DNA from: Nemertoderma westbladi
Lineage: Eukaryota; Animalia; Xenacoelomorpha
Assembly: GCA_032718475.1 (NCBI GenBank)
Contig: JAUCBJ010001250.1
Coordinates: forward strand, 1-44,150
DNA: 44,150 bases
Reading direction: 5' to 3'
Shown here: piece by piece, positions 9,801 through 22,557 of the stretch
Layout of the letters: every line of letters starts with the position of its first letter
Position numbering within the stretch: position 1 is the stretch's first letter
The notes under the pieces: model-generated
The model's database searches: none
What the model was told of the DNA's origin: nothing
The model's input: only the letters and a program-made list of their open reading frames with translations
Program-made: the position numbers and the translations under genes

Positions 9801-12335
9801 GTCTGTGCCAGTGCTCGGTAGTATGTGTCAGTGCTCGGTAGTCGGTGTCAGTGCGCGGTAGTCTGTGTTAGTGCTCGGTAGTCTGTGTCAGTGCTCGGTA
9901 GTCTGTGTCAGTGCTCGGTAGTCGGTGTCAGTGCGCGGTAGTCTGTGTTAGTGCTCGGTAGTCTGTGTCAGTGCTCGGTAGTCTGTTTCAGTGCGCGGTA
10001 GTCTGTGTTAGTGCTCGGTAGTCTGTGTCAGTGCTCGGTAGTCTGTGTCAGTGCTCGGTAGTCTGTGTCAGTGCTCGGTAGTCTGTGTCTGTGCTCGGTA
10101 GTCTGTGTCAGTGCTCGGTAGTCTGTGTCAGTGCTCGGTAGTCTGTGTCAGTGCGCGGTAGTCTGTGTTAGTGCTCGGTAGTCTGTGTCAGTGCTCGGTA
10201 GTCTGTGTCAGTGCGCGGTAGTCTGTGTTAGTGCTCGGTAGTCTGTGTCAGTGCTCGGTAGTCTGTGTCAGTGCTCGGTAGTCTGTGTCAGTGCTCGGTA
10301 GTCTGTGTCAGTGCTCGGTAGTCTGTGTCAGTGCTCGGTAGTCGGTGTCAGTGCGCGGTAGTCTGTGTTAGTGCTCGGTAGTCTGTGTCAGTGCTCGGTA
10401 ATCTGTGTCAGTGCGCGGTAGTCTGTGTCAGTGCTCGGTAGTCTGTGTCAGTGCTCGGTAGTCTGTGTCAGTGCTCGGTAGTCTGTGTCAGTGCTCGGTA
10501 GTCTGTGTCAGTGCGCGGTAGTCTGTGTTAGTGCTCGGTGGTCTGTGTCAGTGCTCGGTAGTCTGTCAGTGTTCGGTACTCTGTGCCAGTGCTCGGTAGT
10601 CTGTGTCAGTGCTCGGTAGTCTGTGTCAGTGCTCGGTAGTCTGTGTCAGTGCTCGGTAGTCGGTGTCAGTGCGCGGTAGTCTGTGTTAGTGCTCGGTAGT
10701 CTGTGTCAGTGCTCGGTAGTCTGTGTCAGTGCTCGGTAGTCTGTGTCAGTGCTCGGTAGTCTGTGTCAGTGCTCGGTAGTCTGTGACAGTGCTCGGTAGT
10801 CTGTGTTAGTGCTCGGTAGTCTGTGTCAGTGCTCGGTAGTCTGTGTTAGTGCTCGGTAGTCTGTGTCAATGCTCGGTAGTCTGTGTTAGTGCTCGGTAGT
10901 CTGTGTCAGTGCTCGGTAGTCTGTGCCAGTGCTCGGTAGTCTGTGCCAGTGCTCGGTAGTCTGTGTCAGTGCTCGGTAGTCTGTGTCAGTGCTCGGTAGT
11001 CTGTGTCAGTGCTCGGTAGTCTGTGTCAGTGCTCGGTAGTCTGTGTCAGTGCGCGGTAGTCTGTGTTAGTGCTCGGTGGTCTGTGTCAGTGCTCGGTAGT
11101 CTGTCAGTGTTCGGTACTCTGTGCCAGTGCTCGGTAGTCTGTGTCAGTGCTCGGTAGTCTGTGTCAGTGCTCGGTAGTCGGTGTCAGTGCTCGATAGTCT
11201 GTGTCAGTGCTCGGTAGTCTGTGTTCGTGCTCGGTAGTCTGTGTCAGTGCTCGGTAGTCTGTGTCAGTGCTCGGTAGTCTGTGTTAGTGCTCGGTAGTCT
11301 GTGTCAATGCTCGGTAGTCTGTGTTAGTGCTCGGTAGTCTGTGTCAGTGCTCGGTAGTCTGTGCCAGTGCTCGGTAGTCTGTGTCAGTGCTCGGTAGTCT
11401 GTGTCAGTGCTCGGTAGTCTGTGTCAGTGCTCGGTAGTCTGTGTCAGTGCTCGGTAGTCTGTGTCAGTGCTCGGTAGTCTGTGTCAGTGCTCGGTAGTCT
11501 GTGTCAGTGCTTGGTAGTCTGTGTCAGTGCGCGGTAGTCTGTGTTAGTGCTCGGTGGTCTGTGTCAGTGCTCGGTAGTCTGTCAGTGTTCGGTACTCTGT
11601 GCCAGTGCTCGGTAGTCTGTGTCAGTGCTCGGTAGTCTGTGTCAGTGCTCGGTAGTCGGTGTCAGTGCGCGGTAGTCTGTGTTAGTGCTCGGTAGTCTGT
11701 GTCAGTGCTCGGTAGTCTGTGTTCGTGCTCGGTAGTCTGTGTCAGTGCTCGGTAGTCTGTGTCAGTGCTCGGTAGTATGTGTCAGTGCTCGGTAGTCGGT
11801 GTCAGTGCGCGGTAGTCTGTGTTAGTGCTCGGTAGTCTGTGTCAGTGCTCGGTAGTCTGTGTCAGTGCTCGGTAGTCTGTGTTAGTGCTCGGTAGTCTGT
11901 GTCAGTGTTCGGTAGTCTGTGTCAGTGCTCGGTAGTCTGTGTCATGCTCGGTAGTCTGTGTCAGTGCTCGGTAGTCTGTGTCAGTGCGCGGTAGTCTGTG
12001 TCAGTGCTCGGTAGTCTGTGTCAGTGCTCGGTAGTCTGTGTCAGTGCTCGGTAGTCTGTGTCAGTGCTCGGTAGTCTGTATCAGTGCTCGGTAGTCTGTG
12101 TCAGTGCCCAGTAGTCGGTGTCAGTGCGCGGTAATCTGTGTCAGTGCTCGGTAGTCTGTGTTAGTGCTCGGTAGCCTGTGTCAGTGCTCGGTAGTCTGTG
12201 TCAGTGCTCGGTAGTCGGTGTCAGTGCGCGGTAGTCTGTGTCAGTGCTCGGTAGTCTGTGTCAGTCCTCGGTAGTCTGTGTCAGTGCTCGGTAGTCTGTG
12301 TCAGTGCTCGGTAGTCTGTGTCAGTGCTCGGTAGT
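6868..12335. repeat. 20-bp satellite (CAGTGCTCGGTAGTCTGTGT)n, about 270 copies
   Basis: Head-to-tail array with point variants and a few 18, 19, 21 and 22-bp units; no unique spacers. Confidence 0.99.
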
Positions 12336-14211
12336 GTCCCGGCAATGCATGTACAAGAGAATATCAGGTAGGAGGTATTCGCCTCATATATCAGTTTCAC
12401 TTTCTATCCTGCACTGGATATTCATTATAACTCAAAGCCGACCATTAGTTACAGATATTCTACCCTCACCTTGCATTATGATATCGGTATGTGAAAATAA
12501 GATAAGTGCAACAATAGTATTTATTATTTATTTATTATTAATGATCAAAATATAATGAATAAGAAAGATAGCAACTATATATAAATTGTTATGGTTGATC
12601 AAAATAATATGGTATTATAAGAACTGTTGTGATATCGATCCACAGAGTGCAACATCAACTATATACCATTATGGATTCCCATTAAGAATATGGCAAGTCA
12701 ATTAATTATATTTTGTTCAATATTGTTCCCGTTTCCAATTGATTGGCATTATACTTCCTAAATATATGCGATAATTCATATAAAACAAGATTTATTTTTT
12801 CAACAGGTTTCCAGGCACCCTTTGCCTAATCGTAACTAGTTATACTTAGAATATTAAAATTGTCACATGAGAGACTATTATAACTATATATCGACGTGTA
12901 TATAATTAAAGTATATACGATAAACTCTGGAAACGCTAACGTTTATTATATATGAATACCGTCGTTTTTCTCAAACCTAATTGTTTTGCACCGGTGCGGT
13001 ATACCATATATAAATAGACCAAAGCACCTGTCAATTAATGCAATGCCAATACCAATAATAGTTAACAATAAATATTGCAAATTGATGTTGAGTTAATATT
13101 TATAGAGTAATAGTAATATTTATTTATACAGTTGTGTAGAGCGCGTCCAGTTGTTTCTTAAACTTAAGAGCCGATGCGTTGTTGATGAATATATAAATAT
13201 ATATAAATATGTTGCAATCTACAACTCACTGAGTGCTTTATGTGTGTGAGTAAGATTGGTGTAGGGATAGGCTGGGTGTATCTAAGATAATATTAGGTGG
13301 GAAATAACCATAGGTGATATAATAAGGAATAATTAAAAGTAGAAAAATTATAACTTTAACTGTTCGCCAAAAAGCAAGGATTTAGCACAAATATAATAAC
13401 GGTAGGCAATGGCAATGATAGGGAGGGATATTTCATTATCGTTCAGCATTTACTAGACAAAATGAAACTGACACTAACATTGTGTGTACATTGTAAATAT
13501 ACATACCGGTACCGGTAACATAATGTAATTAGATTTAGCACAACATTCAACAATTAACAATTAACAACCATAGACCATTTCATCCCTCATCATAGCACAA
13601 TATAATAATAAGCGTTAATATTGAATGCAGGAAGGCAATGATGAATTGGTACCATTAGGTTAAACACTATCAATAACTGTATATATATACCCAAAACTAA
13701 AAGAAGCATAAGTTAGGCGCGGACTTTATATAACATTTTTATGACAGCACACAGTACTGTAGTAAAATATGCATATTAATTTAAATATGTATTACAGTAT
13801 TATATACTATGTGGTGGTCAATATATTGTTTTAAATAGTAAAATTGTCTCCGGAATTACAAATTGATTTTGTTAACATTATTCAGTTATTAAGCCTAAAA
13901 AATGTATATACTATAGAATGAAATGAAAAACTTAATGTACTTTGCAAAAGGCAGAAAGGGTACTATTTTCCATCTGACCATACTGCCATACAGCCATAGC
14001 ATACTGAGTTTTCATGGTATATATTTTCTGTTTATTAAACTCCTTATTTTAACAAGTAGATTATTGTATAAAGTAACTTTCAGATGTAAATATTATTATT
14101 ACTGTATTACAACCTATCAGCTTATCCCTGAGAGTTCAGGAGTTACTATCAAACAAGAAGCAACACAATAAACTTAATGTTTTCTAAGCTAATTCATAAC
14201 CGGGGCTTCAG

Positions 14212-14679
14212 TCACTCGCATTTACCAATTCCGATAACACCACAGGCGACTCTAGCACCGGCGTTCCCCGTCTTGAGGCTCTCGGCATCTCCCCCTTTAC
14301 CCAGATCATCAACCTTCGCGTGTACCACCAAAGTACGGCCTATCACAGAGGTTTCGCCAATAACCTTAACAAGATTATCAGCTATATCGATCTTGGCAAC
14401 ACCATCAGCGCCAGCTACAACGTTGCCGAGATCTCCAACATGTCTGGTTGTATCGTTAGGACCCCCGTGGGTCTGTCCGAAGGGATTATAATGGCCGCCG
14501 GCACTAACACACCCCTGAGTGTTGTCTCCGAACTCGTGTACATGGAACCCGTGTTCGCCCGGGGTTAATCCCTTGATTTCCCCGGTTATGTGGACGGGTT
14601 GTTTGGGTTTCTCTTCCAGGTAAAGTGTTCCGGAAACACCTTCGTCGCCACGGAGAACGCAAACTGCCTTAACACTCAT
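14212..14679 (-). CDS. SOD1: Canonical cytosolic Cu/Zn superoxide dismutase (155 aa)
   Basis: [67 protein letters not shown]. All ligands, both disulfide cysteines and the catalytic Arg are present. Confidence 0.98.
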   Translation of the reverse strand: MSVKAVCVLRGDEGVSGTLYLEEKPKQPVHITGEIKGLTPGEHGFHVHEFGDNTQGCVSAGGHYNPFGQTHGGPNDTTRHVGDLGNVVAGADGVAKIDIADNLVKVIGETSVIGRTLVVHAKVDDLGKGGDAESLKTGNAGARVACGVIGIGKCE

Positions 14680-14680
14680 T

Positions 14681-15476
14681 CTGTAATATTTATTGGGTAA
14701 ATTTCTGAATTTATTAAGGAATGAAATGGAATGCTAAACAAAATACTGAAATATATATTAGTCAGTCAGTAGGCCTATGTGCTATGCAATCTGGCTGGGC
14801 TATGTGGGTGACAGACCGAACGTAATCAGGATCGAATGTAACATAGTTTTTACGAATCGAACGTAACGTAACCTCAATTATGTTACATTGGATCCTATAG
14901 CTATAACTATGTTACATTCGATCTACAAATTACTATGCTCGAATGTAACATACATTTATTTCAGTTGTGTTTTGATTTCAGGATTTAACCGATGAAATGC
15001 TTCGTTTATTTCTGTATTTACAGGAAGAAACTGTTTGGTGATGGCTGGATGGTGAGTACAAAACAAAGACCCAATAAGCAACCTGCATAATCTTGTAACA
15101 TGTGTTAACTTTCGTTTATTGTTTTGGTTCCCCCAAACACGCCTCTGTAACCTGCTCCTTTCTGCCTTTAAATAAAAGTAACCTGCATAATCTTGTAACA
15201 TGTGTTAACTTTCGTTTATTGTTTTGGTTCCCCCACCATGCCTCTGTAACCTGCTCCTTTCAGCCTTTAAATAAAAGTAAACTGCATAATCTTGTAACAT
15301 GTGTTAACTTTCGTTTATTGTTTTGGTTCCCCCAACACGTATCTGTAACCTGTTACTTTAAATGGCATGTTACATTCGGGCTTAGTAATTTGTAGATCGA
15401 ATGTAACATATAGTTATAGGATCCAATGTAACATAATTGCGGTTACGTTCGATACGTAATAACTTATGTTACTTAC
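14681..15476 (-). other. Possible 5'-UTR intron of the canonical SOD1 (or an unpaired trans-splice acceptor)
   Basis: TTACAG acceptor (14686-14681) one base before the ATG; GTAAGT donor at 15476-15471; TATA-like TATAAATA at about 15599-15592. No transcript evidence. Confidence 0.35.
14838..15472. mobile_element. Foldback/MITE-like element with about 115-bp inverted arms and three internal copies of a ~100-bp unit
   Basis: 14838-14955 is an imperfect reverse complement of 15361-15472; internal units start at about 15080, 15180 and 15280. Confidence 0.8.
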
Positions 15477-15740
15477 GTTTGGAAGTCCAGTCTACGTCCA
15501 GTCGCCACTACAGCACTATTCAGATTTCATGATATTATACGATTAGTCGTAATGTATCACTTTTCAGTCTTATGACTGTATGACCCGAACGTATTTATAA
15601 ATAATGTAGAGTAAGTAGGGTAAAGTAGGGTAAGTAGGGTAGAGTAAGGTAAAGCTAAAGCGTAAATATGATGTTTTCGTTTTTTTTTCTGTGTATAATA
15701 TTAAATTATCGTTATCATAGGAATGCTTATACTATAGTTA

Positions 15741-16420
15741 TACTACTACTACTACAGTACTAGGTCGAGCGAACTCGGGCAGTGGAGATGAGATCCTTCC
15801 AGGCTTCCCGATTCTCCATAGTTGTCGCAATTTCGTTTCTCCCAAGTTCAGTATCCCTTTCAAGTAGATCTATATATGTTTATGGCTGGTCGTCCACGAC
15901 TACGCTTTCCATGAGTTATGGTTGCAAGAGAAGTAGATCTGGTATGACCTCGTCTTTACTTCACCATGTCACCAGCAGTGCCCACTGAATCTTAATCTGC
16001 GTTCACAGAGGGTGATTGATACAGGTGGTATTGTACCATAAAGCTCAGCGTTTGTCATTTGTTGTCTCCAGCTGATGTTTAGGGCTGCCCTTAGTAGTCT
16101 TGTGTAGCAACCATCAATTCGTTGTTGAAGTGATTTCGTCAGTGTCCAGGTCTCACCCCCGTATAAAAATACACTTTCCACTGTGGCTCGAAAGAACTTA
16201 GTCTTCAGGTGCCTGGAGGGATCTGATTTCCAGATGGTATCCATTTTTGATAGAGCTGCCCAAGCCTTTGCTTTCCTAACTTCTATGTCCTTTTTGCTGC
16301 TCTCTGTCCATGATCCAAGGTACTGGAAGTCGTCGACCTTCCTTAGTTGATTATTATCAATGGTTGTCAAGTTTCCATCAACATTAAAGGTCATGAATTC
16401 GGTCTTGGTGGCATTTATAT
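15741..16420 (-). mobile_element. RTE-type LINE 3' end (family A): RT C-terminus and (AGT)n tail
   Basis: INATKTEFM, DFQYLGSW, FRATVESVFLYGGETWTL, RRLRFSGHCW; microsatellite tail at 15741-15755. Confidence 0.88.
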
Positions 16421-16449
16421 GTTTGCATTTGTATATATGTATGGATTTA

Positions 16450-16875
16450 CAGTTTGCGAGGTAAGTCTTGATTGTTGCTGTATGTGAGCAGTTGTAATTG
16501 CTTCAATTTTATCCTGTATGTACTTTTCCTGGCTGATGTTGTAGGCCAATTTAAGATCGTCCTTAGCTTTCTCAACCTTGTTAATACTTTCAGTTGTTGG
16601 TTGTTCGGTTTTAACTTTGTAGGCTATCTTAAGATCTTCTCTCTTACAAGTAACCTCAGAGTTTTGCCATGGCACATACTGTTTTCGTTTGGGTTTCTGG
16701 GGGATATGCCTTTTAGCTGATTCCTTGTGGGCTGTTATTATATTCTGGTATATTGAATCGGTGGATTGGTCTTCATCCCTTGACTGAAGTGCTTCAAAGC
16801 GGTTTTGAACTTCTACCGTGTAAGCATCCTTTACAGCATTGTCAGTTCTGAGTTTCTCCCAGTCATAGTTCATTT
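16450..16875 (-). mobile_element. RTE-type LINE EN-RT linker fragment
   Basis: YDWEKL, YTVEVQNRFEALQ, PW and YIQDKIEAI match the region that follows the endonuclease in RTE ORFs. Confidence 0.75.
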
Positions 16876-16886
16876 GCATATTCATA

Positions 16887-17519
16887 TGCTTATTCACTCC
16901 ATAAGGCTGCCAAAGTACAAGATTATGCACTGGCTGGTCCTCACGGCGAAAGCAATGTCCTGCAAAGCGGAGGCGATTTTGTTCTAGTGTCAAGCTTGGG
17001 TTAACCAATGAGACACCTCCAATGTTCTATAGTGTCTGGTTGGAAATGTGTGCATTGTACTTGACACAATGAACCCGGCGTAGCATTCTTGTGAATGTGC
17101 CATCCAGAGATTTGGTGCCTCGGCAGTTAGAGCCCAGCATGGACTCCCATAGAGGAGTACTGGAACTACTGCTGCTCTAAATAATCGGACCTTAAGTTTC
17201 CAGTTAATTCTCGGTGACTTCCAAATCCTGGAAAGCCTATTCAAGGCTGCCCATGCCTTTCCCTTACATATTCGAAGGTCTTCACCTGACTTCCGGATCC
17301 ATGATCCCAGGTAACAGAAGTCATCCACATGCTCAAGCATACCATCTTTTGAGCTTATGCTCATCCGATCAGAGACTTGCTGAGGACTTTCAAAGTTAAC
17401 TGTCAATATTTTGGTCTTTCTGGAGTTAATAAAAAGACCAACACTAGAAGCAGCATGTTCTAATGAGCTGAGGAGCCGTTGGGCTCCCTCTAGTGATTCT
17501 GAGAGTACTCCTAAGTCAT
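16887..17519 (-). mobile_element. RTE-type LINE (family B), RT C-terminal half, 3' end deleted
   Basis: DLGVLSES, GLFINSRKTK, DFCYLGSW, VLLYGSPCW, NRLRFAGHCFR, VLWQP; frameshifted. Confidence 0.88.
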
Positions 17520-17692
17520 TGGTGGGTTCTACCCTTATTATGTTTATGTAACATTTAAATGCAGGTGGCGGGAAATTCAAAATGTATTCTAGCTTAGGAT
17601 AAGTACGACTAATATACTACTGAATTACCGATATACAGGATAAACTTAATTTACCTTTTGCATGATCTAACTATATTATTAAGATCACAGCA
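17520..17692 (+). repeat. 5' LTR (173 bp)
   Basis: TGGTGGGTTC...GATCACAGCA, identical by eye to 22385-22557. Confidence 0.97.
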
Positions 17693-17704
17693 TGGCGCTG
17701 CGAG
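17693..17704 (+). promoter_or_regulatory. Primer-binding site TGGCGCTGCGAG (probably tRNA-Ser)
   Basis: Starts with TGG immediately after the LTR. The tRNA identity is inferred from recalled tRNA-Ser 3' ends. Confidence 0.75.
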
Positions 17705-17764
17705 TAAAGTAAATTACTTGTTTTTGAATTATTTTATTTTCTAATTCAATTACGAATACAATAA

Positions 17765-20700
17765 ATGGCTGAAGCTATTAGCCCAGAGGATTACTTGGAC
17801 CTCACTGCGGACGAAATAGATGAACTCGACCGAGCCGCATTAAAAACCCACTGTACAAATGCCGGTTTACAGTTTAATCCTCGCACATCGACAGCTAATT
17901 TACGCAAACAGCTGTACAGAATCCTCGAGTTCGAGGCCGAGGATCCTCCTCAACAAACCGACCTGGCAAAATTCCTTATGCAGATGGAAGAACGCCGGGA
18001 ACAACGCGAGGAACAACGACGTGCAGAGGACGAACAGTGACGTCGCACTGAACGTGCAGAGATGCTACAATTAATGGGGCATATACACCGCGTTCCTCCC
18101 AATATTCCTGCCGACATTAGGCCGACTCAACCGCATCTACCTCGTCATGATCTCGCCAGATCAGCGGCCTCTCACCCTCCGTCGATTTTAAACCTGAATA
18201 CATCAGTTGGAGCATTTCGCCGTTGGCGTACAACTTGGGACGACTATGCAACTCTCGTACATCTTGTAGAATTCCCGGTTCCGGAGCAACTAGCGGCATT
18301 CCATCGCGCTTTACACCAAGATGTACAGGACGTTCTGTCGCACATCGACGTCCAACCCGCCGAACCGGGAAATGCGATATCAATCAATGACAGACTCGAT
18401 GCAATCGCAACTTATTTCCAAGAAAAACGTGACTTAGGACGTGAACGCGAAGCTTTCGAACGCCGAATCCAAACGCCCGGAGAAACTTTCGACCAATTTC
18501 TCTTAGCCTTAAGGAACCTAGGGCAGGATGCCGAACTTTGCAACCATTGCTTCGACCAACGTCTGGCAGATAGAATACGTGTTGGGCTACGAGACGAGGA
18601 GATACGCCGACGCCTCATGGCGATTCGTCCATACCCACACCTTGATGACGTCATCGCATTCTGCCGCCGGGAGGAGGCCGGCCGTAAATTCGCCAACCCA
18701 GGAGCTACAGTAAACCGTATAAAAGGTAATACTTACAAAACACAGAAAGAGCGTCGGAGGAACTCGCCAGACAGGTCACGGCCTCGATATCGTAGTAAGT
18801 CCCGTGACCGGATTCCACAACATTTAAGGAAGAAATGTCTACGGTGTGGTAATGACCTACATAAGGACATGTCCACTTGCCCTGCAAACGAATCAACCTG
18901 TTCCCTATGCAAAAAGACCGGACATTGGGCCAAAGTTTGTAGTTCGAAATGGGATAAAACGTATTTGAAAACCCCATCTTCCAATGTTGGTTACATCGAA
19001 TCCTCAGTAAATCATGTTTATAACTCTGATGAAAAGCCTACACCAGAAGTTATAGTCTCCCTCGACCCTTTTAATTTCTCAGTAGGAATCCAGGTAGATA
19101 ATATCAGGGCTCTACCAGACACTGGCTCTCCAACAAACATAATGTCTGATTCTGTATTTAACAAACTTGGATTCCAACTGTCTGACTTGGAACCCAGCAA
19201 TCTTCCACTTAACAGTTTCGGACATCATTCGCTTAAGGTTCTTGGACAATTTCCCTGCTCTATTACACTTGGAAATTATACCTCTGTGACAACTATTCAC
19301 GTGATTGGAAAGTCTGATGGATTTCTTCTTGGTTGGATAACTTGTCGAGATCTCAAAATCATTCCAACTGACTTCCCCACACAAATCTGCAATATACAAT
19401 CAGAACACTCCATACAATATTGTGATCAGCTTCGCACAATTCCAGAAAATCCCTCTGAGTCAGACATTGATTCAATACGTAACCAAATCTTAGAACTATT
19501 CCCAGATGTTTTCTCCACAGTGGAACATCTCAAGCCTATGCAAGGCAAACCAATGAAGATTCATCTTCAACCAAACAACATTCCTTTCTCTTTAACCACT
19601 TCTCGTCAAGTTCCATTTGCTCTTAGAGAGAAGGCCAAGCTCGAAATTGAATCCATGGTGGAGAAAGGTATAATTGAACGTGTTGGCGACGTCCCTACCG
19701 AGTGGTGCCATCCGATGGTTGTCACCAAAAAAATCACACTCACCTGAGGAAGTGCGGATATGTGTAGATCTTACTAAACTCAATTCTTTCTGCGCTCGTC
19801 CATATCATCCTCTACGGACTCCAAAGGACGCTGTTGATTCTATCCATCGAGATGATCGTTACTTTTCAACACTCGATGCACTTAAGGGCTATTGGCAGAT
19901 TCCCCTCGACACTGCCAGTCAGTTTCTCACAACTTTTATCTGTCCCCAAGGACGTTTTAAATTCCTGCGGGCTCCTATGGGGTTGATATCAACAGGGGAT
20001 GAATATAGTCGTCGTGGAGATCTTGCTAAACAGGGGATTGACAACCTCGAGAAAGTTGTGGACGACATGTTGGTCCACACTGGTTCTTTTCCCAACCATG
20101 TAGAACGAATTATTGAGGTTCTACAGCGGTGCCGCACTCATCAAATCACATTGAATCCAAAGAAATTCATATTTGCCAAAGACACTGTTGACTATGTTGG
20201 ATACAGAGTCGGTATTAATGGAATAGAGGCAGATCCAACTAAAATTTCTGCTATATCAAATTTTCCAATTCCAATAAACATATCAGAACTCCGATCATTT
20301 TTTGGAATTGTGAACCAGCTTGGTTCATTTTCGAGTAAGGTAAGTGCTGCTGCAGCACCACTACGCCCACTACTTAAGAAAGCTAACATCTTCCAGTGGA
20401 CGCCCAACCACACCAAGGCCTTCAATGATGTTAAACTGGCTCTAGTTTCCCCGCCGATTCTTACCCCATTCGATCCAAATCTTCCAGTAGAACTTCATAC
20501 TGACGCCTCTAGGTTGAAAGGACTCGGTTTTGTTTTACTACAACCGACATCCTCAGAGCACCTTAATCTCATCCAGTGTGGATCACGATTCCTCACAGAC
20601 ACTGAGTCACGATACGCAGTCATCGAACTCGAAACACTTGCCATTGCTTGGGCCGTTAAGAAATGTCATATATATCTACTCAGCATTCCACATTTCATTA

Positions 20701-22343
20701 TTGTGAGTGATCACAAACCGCTCCTAGCAATTCTAAACGAAAAAACTCTTGACAACATCGATAATCCGAGGCTGAGGCGTCTCAAGGAAAAACTCTTATC
20801 TTATTCCTTCCATGTCGAATGGAAGAAAGGTAAAACCCATTACATACCAGATGCGCTTTCTCGCGCACCAGTTGGTAACCCAACCCCAGATGATATCACT
20901 ACCGAACAGGAGATCAACACTTACATGTGTGCCCATATTAATGCCACTGTCAATGCGTTAGCCGACAATAACTCAAATTCTTCCCTCAATGACCAAAATA
21001 TAGAAAGTATAAAACAAGCAGCAATTTTGGATCCAGAATACCAGAAACTGATCTATCTAATCCAGAATGGATTCCCAGCAAAGCCGACGAACTTAGTTCA
21101 TGATCTACAACCATATTGGAAATTACGAGATGATTTGTCAGTTGATGATGGGCTTGTCCTGTATTTATCCCGTATTGTTATTCCACAATCTCAACGTTGC
21201 CACGTTCTAGAACTTTTACATCAATCTCATCAGGGGATTGAACGTTCTAAACGACGAGCCCGTCAAACTGTATTCTGGCCCGGTTTAACCGTGGACATAA
21301 TAAACAAAGTTGGGAAATGTATACCATGTCAACAACGTAAACCATCTTTACAACCGGAGCCTTTACTTTCTGACCCTCAACCTACACGTCCATTCGAAGA
21401 GGTTGGTTCGGATCTTTTCAGCTACGCAGGTCAACATTATTTAGCATATATTGACCGCTTTTCAGGATGGCCTGAAATCCATGCATTCGGACGGCATGAC
21501 ACTAATTCTGCAAAAGTTGCTACAGTACTTCGCCGTCTTTTCAGTAACCTGGGAATTCCCATTAAACTGCGGACTGATGGAGGTCCACAATTCGATTCGG
21601 CGGAATTCCAATCATTCCTCCAGGATTGGGGAGTCAATCAGTCGTTCTCTGCCCCTCATTTCCCTCAAAGTAACGGACTCGCGGAGTCGGCTGTTAAAAC
21701 AATCAAACACCTGGTCGCCACAGCATCACATCACGGGGATATACAAACTGATAGTTTCCATAAAGGTTTACTCGAACTGCGAAATACGCCACGGGTAAAT
21801 GGATTTTCTCCCGCTGAGCTTGTGTTCGGACGCCAAACTAGGACACGTGTGCCTTCTCACCATACAAATTTTTCATCTCAGTGGACCAAACATCTCGACA
21901 CTCTTGACACTATGGTGACACCCCCTCCCCAAATCCAGAACCGTCCACTAAAGGCCCTAACTGTACGTACACCGGTTCACATTCAGAATGCAAAGACTAA
22001 ACTGTGGGATCGTACTGGTTCTATTATAGGAGCCAGTGGTCGCAATTACCATATACGTTTACCAAGTGGCCGTGTTCTGTGGCGCAACCGTCGCCATATT
22101 CGACGTAATATTCTGGAACAGGAACCGCAAATGAAGTATTCAGCATGATTACTCCCAAAGGGTATACTAAAAGAAAATCATAAAAATAGAATTCCACCGA
22201 ACAACAATCAGAAAAATAAATGCACTCTTAACCCAGCAACGGATGTTGTGGTATTCCAGAAAGATGAGCCTCCTACCGCCATGTTACGTAGGAGTAGTAG
22301 AATTCGACACCAGCCCATCCGTTATGACTCTACAAAATACTGA
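17765..22343 (+). pseudogene. Gypsy gag-pol polyprotein, interrupted by TGA 18038, an extra A in the run at 19727-19733, and TGA 22146
   Basis: Two zinc knuckles (CLRC-H-C, CSLC-GH-C); protease LPDTGS; RT VRICVD, LDALKGYWQ, VVDD; RNase H TDAS, SDHKPL; integrase HHCC, SDLF, TDGGPQF, GLAES. The frame continues past 22148 through LRRSSRIRHQPIRY to a stop at 22341-22343. Confidence 0.92.
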
Positions 22344-22372
22344 CTCAGATCTCGTTAGACAAACTCAATCTT

Positions 22373-22383
22373 AAAGGGGGGAG
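22373..22383 (+). promoter_or_regulatory. Polypurine tract
   Basis: AAAGGGGGGAG one base before the 3' LTR. Confidence 0.85.
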
Positions 22384-22384
22384 T

Positions 22385-22557
22385 TGGTGGGTTCTACCCT
22401 TATTATGTTTATGTAACATTTAAATGCAGGTGGCGGGAAATTCAAAATGTATTCTAGCTTAGGATAAGTACGACTAATATACTACTGAATTACCGATATA
22501 CAGGATAAACTTAATTTACCTTTTGCATGATCTAACTATATTATTAAGATCACAGCA
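22385..22557 (+). repeat. 3' LTR (173 bp)
   Basis: Matches the 5' LTR and is followed by the TSD GTCAT. Confidence 0.97.

Larger units (their letters stand above)
17520..22557 (+). mobile_element. Full-length Ty3/Gypsy LTR retrotransposon (Mag-like), 5038 bp, 5-bp TSD GTCAT
   Basis: TG...CA LTRs; GTCAT at 17515-17519 and 22558-22562; PBS and PPT present; domain order gag-PR-RT-RH-IN. Confidence 0.97.

Noticed and set aside
6868-12335. CRISPR array or repeat protein (ORFs at 9427 and 12298)
   Set aside because: No unique spacers, no cas genes, eukaryotic context; the ORFs are by-products of the 20-bp period.
15606-15655. Telomeric repeat
   Set aside because: Only a few irregular GTAGGGTAA-type units; no TTAGGG or TTAGG array.
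19720-19747. Programmed gag-pol frameshift
   Set aside because: The shift falls inside the RT N-terminus (PMVVTKK/VRICVD) at an A7 run, not at the gag-protease boundary; mutation or sequencing error is more likely.
18038-22148. Selenocysteine or altered-code reading of the in-frame TGAs
   Set aside because: Neither site is a Cys-like position, I saw no SECIS, and TGA terminates both SOD genes.
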